The notes under the pieces: generated by a model
The model's database searches: none
What the model was told of the DNA's origin: nothing
What the model saw: the letters and a program-made list of their open reading frames with translations, nothing else
Origin: Fistulifera solaris
Lineage: Eukaryota
Length of the DNA stretch: 64,000 nucleotides
Reading direction: 5' to 3'
Assembly: GCA_030295235.1 (NCBI GenBank)
Contig: AP026162.1
Location: 2,604,001-2,668,000, forward strand
Program-made: the position numbers and the translations under genes
In this document: one piece after another, positions 38,471 through 49,922 of the stretch
How positions within the stretch are numbered: the stretch's first letter is position 1
How the letters are laid out: every line of letters starts with the position of its first letter

Positions 38471-39221
38471 CGTAAACAAGGAGAAAGGAGAGAAAGTTCA
38501 CAAATCGGAATGCGAGGGAGATAAAAGCGAAGCGACGTTTTCTTTTCTTTTTGTGTGCGAAACTGCATCGTTGCTAAAAACGTTTGCACGAAATTCCGAC
38601 CCCTTTACTCTCCCTTCGAGAGTGTTGTGTACTGTAGGGAACTCCAGTGTAAAGCGCCAAAAGTGCCCTTATGTACGTGAAGGCCATTGTACACACTAGG
38701 CCCTACAGAACAATCGTCCACACCCTCATTTAGCTCTGAATCCGTTCATAGTCAAAAAAAGACAGATCGGCCTAAACAGTATAGAACACGACCTCGGACA
38801 GGCCAAAATACACGCACAACACGATTTCACTTGCGCAACTTCTCGCGAAATCCGACGATGTTGTGCTTTGACCGCCTCTGGAGGAAAAACATCCCTCCAC
38901 CATGAGGACTTCGCAACAATCGGGTGAATAATTCACTCATTTATGTATTCTAGCATTAAAGGTGTATTAGCATGTATACGGCGTCCCCCATATTTTACCC
39001 GACAAGTGACATAATCACTGTGGTCCGATGCATCCATCGACAGAGCCAGAACTGTCAATAAAGGAAAGCAACGGTGCTTCATAAGCTAATTACCTCACAA
39101 ACCCAGCCATCTAATCAAGACATATGATTAACATGATGACTCCATGGGGTCGACCTATACATAAGGTCATGATCTCACATTTTCATGTGGACAATTGTCG
39201 ACTTCCGACAACGCCCGAGAT

Positions 39222-40972
39222 TGACAGATTTATAATAAGATTGATTCCTGGGTGTTCATGACTGGACAGTCTGTTTGTCTGTCAGGTGTGTTTTGGGTGG
39301 TTCATGACTGGGAGTGAGTCATGAAGCTTGAAGTTGAAGTTGAATACCAGTGTGAGGAAGATATGTTTTTGGATTCTTCTCTCGCTACGTCAGTGACCAC
39401 GTCAGTATTTTGAGAAGGATGAGACAGCTTCTCATTTTCATTAGTTTTAGATAATGCGCACAATTTAGAAACCCAGTTGATAATGAACTAGTTGTCATTA
39501 CCTCGTATCGAGTACGGTCAGAGATACATTTGCTGTGTGGAATCTCAGAGGGTTGGCACACCTTGTGAGAACGGTTGAGTCGAGTTGGCACACTTGACGA
39601 ACCAGTGTTAGGAGAAGGCTGGCACGCCGGATCTTTATACTGAAGCAGTAAGTACGCGCATTTCGGTTGGCACGCCGGATTGTACTTATTGACCTATACG
39701 GCAGCGGGTGGCCAGTTGTCGTACTCTTTGTGTGTAGTGTGCAGTGACACGGTCGGGTCATTCGTTCATAGCGAGTTCGGGTGATTTTGACGTCTGTGCG
39801 TCGATTGTTGCGTGTGTCGAGTTACACGTGGAATTGGATTGTGTCGTTTGTACTCTCGCGTGGAGAGTCTCAAATTCTGGGAGCTATCTGTGCGCTCGGA
39901 ATTTTGTCAGATTAACAGTCGCAAGTCTCTGTACTACTTGGGCTTTGTGATTGGTGGGTTTCCGATGACTCTGGTTCTTTCTGAGTCATTGTTTCTCTAG
40001 TGGATACTCTTCGTTATTGGTGACGTTCCCTACTGTTCAGTGTGCGGAGAGACAGAAACACGGGGAGACACGATTTCACTGTACATTTGTCCTACTTGGT
40101 GTACAACATGATTTCTTTCAGCGTACTTTCGCGGTAAGAAACCGGGATTCAGGTTGAGTACTACGCACCAACCTACTTTTCAGTGGGAAACACTGCATTT
40201 TCATTTTCGCTTGGCGAATTTACTGTGGAGCGGCACTGTGGGAAGTTATTTTGTCTGACGTACCTTCGAGAAGACGGGGAGTGACAGATTTATAATAAGA
40301 TTGATTCCTGGGTGTTCATGACTGGACAGTCTGTTTGTCTGTCAGGTGTGTTTTGGGTGGTTCATGACTGGGAGTGAGTCATGAAGCTTGAAGTTGAAGT
40401 TGAATACCAGTGTGAGGGAAGATATGTTTTTGGATTCTTCTCTCGCTCACGTCAGTGACCACGTCAGTATTTTGAGAAGGATGAGACAGCTTCTCATTTT
40501 CATTAGTTTTAGATAATGCGCACAATTTAGAAACCCAGTTGATAATGAACTAGTTGTCATTACCTCGTGTATCGAATGCGGTCAGAGATACATTTGCTGT
40601 GTGGAATCTCAGAGGGTTGGCACACCTTGTGAGAACGGTTGAGTCGAGTTGGCACACTTGACGAACCAGTGTTAGGAGAAGGCTGGCACGCCGGATCTTT
40701 ATACTGAAGCAGTAAGTACGCGCATTTCGGTTGGCACGCCGGATTGTACTTATTGACCTATACGGCAGCGGGTGGCCAGTTGTCGTACTCTTTGTGTGTA
40801 GTGTGCAGTGACACGGTCGGGTCATTCGTTCATAGCGAGTTCGGGTGATTTTGACGTCTGTGCGTCGATTGTTGCGTGTGTCGAGTTACACGTGGAATTG
40901 GATTGTGTCGTTTGTACTCTCAGCGTGGAGAGTCTCAAATTCTGGGAGCTATCTGTGCTCGGAATTTTGTCA
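39222..40972 (+). mobile_element. Non-autonomous LTR element (two LTRs of about 690 bp, 372-bp non-coding core) nested in the 5' region of copia 2
   Basis: LTRs at 39222-39909 and 40282-40972 with TGACA...TGTCA ends, TSD GAGAT, PPT gagaagacggggag. Confidence 0.92.
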
Positions 40973-41860
40973 GAGATCATCTCCTTGACCACTCAAGCCC
41001 AACAGTTAGTAACACATACATAAGGAACATTACTCTTACGATATTACCATTGTTTTCCTGTGTATTTCATCGTTTCAGAGGGATTCATCGCGAAACCCCG
41101 GTTTTTAACCCGAAATAAGGCAGTGGTGTAAAATTATGACTACAAGTGTTACATCTACCACGGAGGCTTCCCGTCTGTACTACACTCGGTTATTTCGTTA
41201 CATCCTACTTCTCTAATGCTCCTGTCCGTATGTACGTCACTCGCATATTTCGGAAACGCCTACCAGCTACCAGGTAAACAAATGAATGAAAGTACAATTT
41301 CAAGGCCGTTTTTCATTGATTGTATAAATACGAACCGATGTATGGCAAGGTAATTTCTACGGTTCTGAAAGTGTCTGCTGGTCGCAAAATTTTGAGAATG
41401 AGTCCTGTTTTTGGAACGTGCAAGCTGCGAGAAAAATGGACAACTGTCATTGCACTTGTTCGTGCAAACCAATGCAAACATTCGAATTCATTCGATGAAT
41501 GACTTGTGTAGCATCGACAAGTTGCTGGTAAAGGCAACCATGTGAATGGTTTAATTGGCTAAGAAGACTTTTAACTCGCTCTCCGCCCTCTGGCTTTAGG
41601 AAATAAAGAGATAAATAACTCCGTGATTAATAGGCGGTCACCTATTATCTAAGGAGACTTATGATTAGCTCTCCGCCCTCCAGACGCCGTAGGCGTCTGA
41701 CTGTGACCCCGCAGATGAACAGAAGCCTCACGTCTGCGCCCTAAGGTAAGAGGTGTCGTCGACGGCCGACATAATAGGAATTTAAGAATGTCCTTTAAAT
41801 TCCGTGACAAAAAAACGAAAACCAAGAAAGTTATGCGTGGTGTTTCTTCAATTATTGTTA

Positions 41861-41971
41861 CTAGCCGCCTGCGGCATGTGGGGCTTTTTTTCGTTCTCGC
41901 CCTTCCATGGCGGGGGGCTCGATCCCCGGGGATAGCGTCACACTCGGGATTGAACAACCGGGACCGACGTG

Positions 41972-42002
<31 letters not shown>

Positions 42003-42023
42003 CAGCGCGCTATTATAAATAGA
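41861..42023 (-). mobile_element. Short non-autonomous Helitron-like element, copy 2
   Basis: Minus strand a|TCTATTTATAATAGCGCGC, (GT)n, hairpin gccg-cagg-cggc ending CTAG|t; homologous to 5547-5738. Confidence 0.82.
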
Positions 42024-43003
42024 TCGTAGCAGACAATCTCCATTTTCCCGTTAACACAAAATCTGGGCAATATATCTATAAGGCACACGGAAATTCTGAG
42101 TATTGCCTTTTATCGGACAGAAAATCTTTGCAGCGTCGTGTCGGTACATCAACATTTTTTCGGCGCACAATAAGCTTAGTTGTACATAAATTCTGTATGA
42201 TGTGTCGTCGACTGAACAAAAAAATCAGAGGAGCTTTCCGTCAATGTGTCACATCACTTTTCTGCCTCACAAAAGGCGCAGCCCACAATAAAAACTCCAT
42301 TCATTCGTTTCGATCGCCACGTATATTTTCCTTCAAGTTAGTTACAATGATGAGAAACGACACGAACAAATAATAATAACGACCGCTTCTCGATTGCACG
42401 ATAAGAAAAAGCCATCGATCTTTGACGAAATGCAACATTGAATTCCCCATCGGTCGACAAACGGTTTTTGACGCATCACTCGGACTTTCAGCTCGAAAAA
42501 AATGATGTGAAAGAAGACTGGTTGTTGCGAGCAAGAGTCATCTTTCTCCTTTATGAATTGTTTCATAAATCAGCGAATGATTGAATGTGACAAAGAGCGA
42601 TGGAAAAGTTCACCAAGACAAGGAAACGATCCGCACTTCACACAAGAGTCGTCTGTATTTTGATAAGAAAACAGGACGATGCATTAAAATAATAATTTGA
42701 GAACGAAGTGAACCTACAGATCGCAATCTCAGAGGGGACGGACAATGAGCGCCCACAAGATTCTGGCAGGTCACGCAACTACTCACTCGAGACAACAATT
42801 CACTGCAACGTCGAACGCGATGACTGATTCAACAATGCATACATCGTCACGATACTTTCCTTTCGCGTACCGTGGCCTCGTCTGCAGTCGATTTACCGCG
42901 AGCCCTTTTGTTTTCGTTCATAACATTGAAGATACAACGATTTTTTGAAGTTATATTCCTATTTTGAAGTTATATTGACTCACGAATCACATCACGTCAC
43001 CGA

Positions 43004-46000
43004 TCAAGACTCAACAATTTCCACCAACAAATCCCCTGCCGCAATTTCGTCTCCTTGGGTCACTTCCACGTGCGAGACAACTCCCGAGCACGGTGCGGCT
43101 ACGGTCGTTTCCATTTTCATGGCACTCAAGCTCAACAACGGATCTCCTTTTTGACAGTATCGCCCTTTTTGACTTTGGCTTCGACCACGACACCGGGCAT
43201 GGGGGCACCAACACTGCCCAAAACGTTCTTCATGGCCTTGGGGCGAGAAAATTTGGCAATTCCCGTATTCTTGTCTTGAATTTGAACGCTGCGAGGTGTG
43301 CCGTTCAACTCGAACTGCAAAGTTACCATGCCATCTCGATCGGGTTCCGAAATACTGTTTAATTTGATAACCAATTGTTTACCGGCTTCGATTTCGACAT
43401 CCAATTCTTGTCCGATTTTCATACCAGTCAAAAGGTCCGCGTGTCCAAGAAATCGAGTTGACCGAATTCGTGTTTGAATTCTTGAAACTCGTTGAACACG
43501 GCAGGATACATGACTTCACTCATCACGTCGACATCGCGAACCGTGCCCCATTTTTCTTCCAAACGAGCACGGGCTTTGTCCATATCGTACGGTTTCAAGT
43601 CGATACCCGGACGCCCTTGGAAAACTGTCAACCCATCGGTACCTGGAATCGTTTGCCCCTTGACGACACGGCTACGAAGCGGTTCGGGAAAGCCAAAGGT
43701 GGGATTCCCAAGTATCCTTGAAAGTATTCAATGACACTTTTGGGAAAGTTGAGGTTATCCGCATTGTCGATGACTTGTTGTTCAGTCAAGTTGTTGGCGA
43801 CAATAAACTGAGCCAAGTCGCCTGTGACTTTACTGCTCGGTGTCACTTTGATGATATCGCCCAACAATCGGTTGGCCATGGCATACGCCTTTTGACCTTG
43901 GACCACTGTCCGGTCAAACCCAACTGCGTGCTTTGGAACAATAAGTTGGTGTACTGTCCGCCTGGCATTTCGTGTTCGTAAACGTCGGCACTGCCGGTTT
44001 TCTGACCCGATTCGAAGGACGCATACAATCCACGGCATTCCTCCCAGTATTCGTTTAGTGCTTGGATCTGTGTCAAATCCAAGCCAGTGTCGTACTCGGT
44101 TCCTTGGAGACTGGCAACCAGAGCTCCCAGCGTGGGCTGAGACGTCGTACCCGACATTGCATCGGATGCTGCATCCACCACATCGGCACCTGCCTTGGCG
44201 CAGGCAATCATGGAAGCGACTCCAGTACCCGCCGTATCGTGCGTGTGCACGTGAATGGGTAGATTGGGAAACTCCTCGCGAATGCTTCCAATCAATAATG
44301 TCGCAGCTTCCGGTTTTAGTAGCCCAGCCATGTCTTTCACAGCCAGCACGTGAATACCAAGGTCGGTCAACTGACGAACGAAGTTCATGTAATACTCCAG
44401 ATCATATTGACCACGATGCGGATTCGATACATCGCCCGTGTAGCAAACCGCCGCTTCCACAATACCGCCTGCAGTACCAACTGCATCGATGCCCAACTTC
44501 ATGTTCTCGATGTAATTCACGCTATCAAAGATACGAAAGACGTCCATTCCGGTTTCTTTGGCCATTCGACAGAACTCAAAGACTACGTTGTCCGGGTAGC
44601 TCGTGTATCCCACCGCATTGGCGCCGCGCAGCAGCATTTGAAACGGAATATCTGGTACCACCTCTCGCAAGGCGGCCAAACGGTCCCACGGACATTCACG
44701 TAAGAAACGCAACGAAACATCAAAGGTTGCACCGCCCCAACATTCCAGCGAATACGCCTTATTCAGGGCAACACGGGTTGCCGGAGCAATGTTGAGCATG
44801 TCGATGGTTCTCAAACGAGTCGCCAAGAGCGACTGGTGGGCATCGCGCCAAGTCGTATCCATGAGCAAAAGTCCTTTCTGATTGCGAACAGCCTTGGCGA
44901 ACGATTCAGGTCCTTCTTCGTCAAATATATGCTTCAAGCTGCGATCGATAAGTTGACCGGGCTTCGGATGGATCGTAGGGATAAAAGGATCAACCGGTGA
45001 CGGAGGAGGTCCAATCGCTCCCAACTCTTTGGGTGTACCATTGACAATTACGTTCGCGATGTAATGCAACAACTTTTGCGCACGATCTTTTTCACGAAGA
45101 GGTGCAAGCAAATTCGGGTTGGCGGCAATGAATCCAGTATCCACGGAAGCGTCAAGAAAGTCATCGTGCTCCAACACATTCAACAAAAAGCTCTTGTTGG
45201 TCTTGACACCACGAACACGAAACTCACGTAGCGCACGTCGCAGCTTTGCGGCGGCTTCACGACGATTGCGAGCTTTAGCGGTAATCTTGACCAACAGAGA
45301 ATCATAATGTGGAGTGATGCGAGCACCGGGAAATCCCGGTCCATCGTCAAGTCGAATCCCCATACCCGCCGGTAAACGAAAGACACTGATAGTGCCTGTA
45401 TCAGGACGAAAGTCTTGCGAAGGATCTTCGGTTGTCACACGGCATTGCATCGCACAACCCTTCGGATACGGAATAGCATCTTGCGTTAAACCCAGCTCCG
45501 GCAATGTTTTTCCTGACGCAATCAAAATTTGCGACTGCACAATATCGATTCCTACAATCTCTTCCGTCACGGTATGTTCGACTTGCACGCGCGGATTGAC
45601 TTCCATAAAATAATGGCTTCCATTTTTGTCGACCAAGAATTCTACAGTACCCGCATTGCGATACTTTGCGGCACTCAGCAAGCGCACCGCATCATTCAAA
45701 ATCTGCGTCCGCGTTTCTTCTTTCAAGCCTTCCGCCGGCGCCAATTCGATCACTTTTTGATGACGACGCTGCACACTGCAATCTCGATCCCACAAATGCA
45801 CGACATTGCCCGTCCCGTCGCCCAAACACTGTACTTCAATGTGTCGGGGACGTTCGACGTACTTTTCCACAAAGCAGCGACCATCCCCAAACGCATTCGC
45901 GGCTTCGTTCGATGCCTGCAGAAACATGGGTTCCAACTCGTGTGCCGTATGCACAATCCGAATACCACGGCCGCCTATACAAAAGATATGGTATGGGTGA

Positions 46001-46872
46001 GTGAACATTCTTTTAATCGCAGACAGAATAACATTAGAGACACTTCTTCCTCTCTCTTTCTCTTTTGACGTACCTCCACCCATGAGTGCCTTGACAATCA
46101 CTGGATACGAGCACTTGTTGACCGGATCGGCGATCCAATCCTTTGCTTCTCGCCAACTTCCAAAGGCATCGGTACTTCCGGGTACGACTGGTACATTTGA
46201 TGCAATCGCCATATTCCGTGCCGACGTCTTGTCACCAAACATGTTCAAATTCTCGACGGTCGGACCGACAAAGACAATTCCGGCTTGTTCCAAAGCCGTC
46301 GCAAAATGTTCATTTTCACTCAAGAATCCGTACCCCGGATGCACCGCTTGGACATGATTTTGCGTACAAATTTTAACAATATTGGATATATCGAGATATT
46401 GTTGGATGGGACTTTTCGATCCATCCAATTCAAACGCTTGATCGCATTTGTAACGATGTTGGGTAAACCGGTCTGTCGAAAGAAGGAATTGTTAGCGTTC
46501 TTTAAAGTTTGAGTTACGAATATTTCACTCTTTTTCTTTCGCGCTTTCGTAATCACCTTCATGACTGTAAATGCCGGCCGTCGGAATGCCCAATTCACTG
46601 GCGGCCCGCGTAATGCGGGTCGCAATTTCTCCGCGATTCGCTGCTAAGAGCTTGGTAAAAGGAGCCGTTTTGGCGGCTCCGGTCACCGGCGGATGTTCAT
46701 CGGGCGTATGAAACGTATGAAAGTATGTAATTTGCGGCAACGAGTGACGAAGGGACGTTACGGTTGTATTAGCCAAAGGCACGAGGAAGCCTCGGGGATG
46801 CGACGACGACGAGGATCGGTGACGACTTTTTCGGAAAAGCCGCTGGCTCGAAAGGCGACTGAATGGATGCAT
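43004..46872 (-). CDS. PYC: Pyruvate carboxylase, probably mitochondrial; introns 46473-46556 and 45975-46073; several frameshifts in the 3' part
   Basis: [61 protein letters not shown], biotin site SAMKMET; R/S-rich N-terminus. Confidence 0.96.
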
Positions 46873-47523
46873 AATGCTACGTTTTGTTCTTTCTTCTTTG
46901 ACGAGTTTCCCTTCGCTATTAGAGCAAACGATGACAGGCGATAAAAGGTATGCTGCTCTCGTAATAAAAGAGAAGGAATGAATATAAAAGACATCGGTGA
47001 CGAGCAGCCTTTTTCGCTTTGATGGCAAAAGATCGTTTTCGTCGGACACGCGGAATGGTTGTTTGGATGCCGAGGTATCTTTCCTGTACTTTAACATCGA
47101 CAGTGGACGTGTGACACGTCACTGACGCGATGCTTCGATGCGATCCTTCGGTCCCGCAAAATGTGAGTCATGAGTTGTCTACAATATTACCTAGTGTGAA
47201 ACGTCCGACAAGAAGAACACGGAGCCTCTACAACAGATTAGTGTCTTATCTTTTAATCGATGGGAACCGTACGGTACCGGTACCCTATTAGATTACTGTA
47301 GCAGTAACTGTCAACCATCAACCATTACCCATTACCCATTACCCATCACCCATCATCAATCATCAATCATCAATCATCACTCATCACCATCAACCATCAC
47401 CGATGGGCGCATGGCGGCGGACGAGTTTATATTTTATTTGCGTTGTTTATTATCTACTACGTACCTGGTACCGGTACCTTACCTGTTATAAAAAAGGTCC
47501 CCTGATGGATCGACAAAACAACT

Positions 47524-48138
47524 ATGAAGAAGGTATATAGCCTAACCGTCCTTGTGCTGTCGTTTAGCACAACTGCATGGTCGTTACAGGATGTTAAAGC
47601 TGGCAAAATTACGAGGAGCCTGAGTCTTCGTAAAGTGTCGCGAGAAACACAACAAGCTCCAGCTGCAGCAGCAGCCACATCTCTGCAGGGTGGCTCTCTG
47701 CCAAGCGCAAAGCGATCTGTAACGACTTGCTGGATCTTTCTGATTATGTCGATTTTGTTAGAATGCCTAGATACGACGGTTTCAAAGCTAGCACGCGATC
47801 AGGAATCAACGCCCCTCTTTTTCCTCGCGTGCTCATTGAATCTTATTAGGTACGCCGAATGCACGCGAAAGCTGAAAGAGTTACGGGTTGATCAATCGCG
47901 TATCTAAACCACAATCTCTTTGTTTCTCTTCTATTGCACATTCAGCATGTACGGCATTAATATTTCCATGACACGCCTTCCAGTCAGTCTCGCGTATACG
48001 GTATGGACGGCACTCGGGACACTGGTTGTGACTCTAATCGGCGCGGCTTGGTTTCAAGAGCCCATAGGTGCACAACAAATGGTTTGCTTAGCAATGATCA
48101 CAGTGGGAGTGATTGGTCTCAATCTACAGGAGGAATGA
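47524..48138 (+). CDS. Small multidrug resistance (SMR/DMT) family transporter with N-terminal presequence; intron 47850-47945
   Basis: WIFLIMSILLE (conserved TM1 Glu), LPVSLAYTVWTALGT, WFQEPI, VGVIGLNL. Confidence 0.85.
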
Positions 48139-48897
48139 TGTGAAAAATGAGTTGGATGAATTTTGCGGATGTCTTCTTTGGTTCGCCAATGCCCGGATTT
48201 GATGAGCAGATTGACTCAGAAAGCAGGAGACTTTACCATGACCTTTTGATTTCTTGAGAGGTATTGGACTGGAAATGAAGCTAAGTGCTTTTGTCATTCG
48301 TTGTCGCTTTGAATCCCGACTGGGAATACAAGGCTCATTCGTTAACGTACTGCGCTTGTCCACTGTGCTTCATACTTACACTAGATCCAAAGACACGGAA
48401 AACGAATTCATGACGAAGATTTTCGCAACAATAAGAGAGTCTGTTTTGTAGTTAGGCAGCGACAATTTTTGTGTGAATTTCAGCACCAACGTCATCATCA
48501 GTCTATTGTATAGTGTTATTGATGACCAGGCCATGGGACAGAATTTGTCACTCTAAACCTATATTCATTATTTGATTGTTTTGATTTAACGACATTGGCA
48601 TTGTTTATTATTATAATAACCTCAAAAACGTGCCCGGAACTCTCGCAGTAGCTTCGTTCTTGTTATTCAAACGCCGGAACTGTTTTCTCATGACTGAATT
48701 CCAGTCGAGAGTTGAGAGAGCTTTTGATTGCGATAAAAAAATGCGACGAACTCCTTTGCAAAAAACTCTTTTCGCAATCTTCACCCAAGACACCCCCTCT
48801 GTATCACCAATTTCAATAAACGAATAATAGGCTCCACTATTTGCGTCTTGTCTACGCTACACTTTTCTGTGCTCATTAATACCCTCCTTCCCGCTCT

Positions 48898-49395
48898 ATG
48901 AATCTCGATTCCCTCCCTATTGTGTTGTTCTTCCTTTCTGCCTCCTGCACGGGCGCATCCGGTGCTGATGAACGCGGATCTCTTTTCAATCGCAACGTCC
49001 TTTTTTCCAATTTTCTGTGCTTACCTGTGCTGGATGACTGCAATAGGAATAGCAAAACGGAGAGTTGCGATGGTGAAGGCGATCCTTGTCTCGGAGATTT
49101 CGGTGGCTTGGCCTGTGTCGAGACGACCCGAGGAGGTAAAGTGTGCGCTGCTCCGTTGGAAGGGCCTGCACAGTTTTGCACGAAATCCAGAGATTGCCCG
49201 GAAGAGTAAGTGTGTCTTTATATAAATGAGAAAATGCCTTGCGGTTTGATGATAGACCAGTACGTTTCTGACACGGCAAACTCACCCTTCTGTCTCGGAT
49301 TCATTATTTTCTTATATTTTAGTCAAGTTTGCGCGGTGATTGGAGATTGTTTTGCGACTAATGTATGTGTTACGCAAGTTCGCCGTTTCGATTGA
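48898..49395 (+). CDS. Small secreted Cys-rich protein, subfamily B (B1); intron 49206-49322
   Basis: Signal peptide; NFLCLPVLDDCNRNS...GDPC...ETTRGGKVC...SRDC; exon 2 QVCAVIGDCFATNVCVTQVRRFD. Confidence 0.85.
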
Positions 49396-49922
49396 GGGTA
49401 AAGCAATGAACAGAACGGGCCGATCTGTCTGTTTTTCAGTAAGCACTATTGTTTCAAACCAACTTTGGATGTGAGTTGTGTAGCTAGAGATTTACGTTAG
49501 ATGTCACTTATTGAGCACAAGTACAAATAAGCTACAAACCTTTTTCATATACTTTGTAGTTATTTCGTCGATCAATTTTAGCGTCCTTTCGAGTGATGTT
49601 ATGAGAGATGCCCTTATTTTCTGCGAGACTCAGCAAATTGTCAGTCCCGTATACTCTTTCAACGGAAAGTGTTGATACTGATACGACAAAGAGTCATTTT
49701 ACAGCTAGTATTTGAATGTTGAGAAAGAGATAGTATAGCGTTTAAAGTGGTGTTGTCATTGGTCGCTGTTTTCATCGCGTCATTTATGTTATCATTATCA
49801 TCGAACTCATCATCATTCTTGTTATTCAGTTCTATTCTTTTCCTTAATACCTATCTTTCAAAAAGAATAACACTAATACTAAAGTAGTTTATTTCGGGAA
49901 AAAGACGCAGCGAATCGACACA

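Larger units (their letters stand above)
32637..41197 (-). mobile_element. Full-length Ty1/copia (CoDi-type) LTR retrotransposon 2 with 87-88-bp LTRs
   Basis: LTRs at 32637-32724 and 41111-41197 with inverted ends CGAAATAA...TTATTTCG; flanks (t)ttac / ttac; PPT gagggga on the minus strand. Confidence 0.92.
32583..41252. mobile_element. Older solo LTR related to copia 2, split by it (32583-32636 plus 41198-41252)
   Basis: The joined halves run cgaaataag...tgtaaaattatgac...ttacatc...tgtac...cactcg..tatttcg, collinear with the copia 2 LTR; flanks gaaaa / gaaac. Confidence 0.7.

Noticed and set aside
45975..46073. Apparent 33-aa insertion in pyruvate carboxylase
   Set aside because: It is a 99-nt stop-free GT-AG intron splitting the GGGGRG motif.
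7352..46872. Widespread frameshifts as pseudogenisation or programmed recoding (ALB3, GPCR, FBP-like, PYC, copia pol)
   Set aside because: They affect conserved genes and elements with near-identical LTRs, and often fall in homopolymers. Uncorrected sequencing indels are the simplest explanation; short-read polishing would settle it.
47310..47402. ACCATT/ATC-rich repeat as telomeric or regulatory array
   Set aside because: Degenerate microsatellite with no consistent unit.
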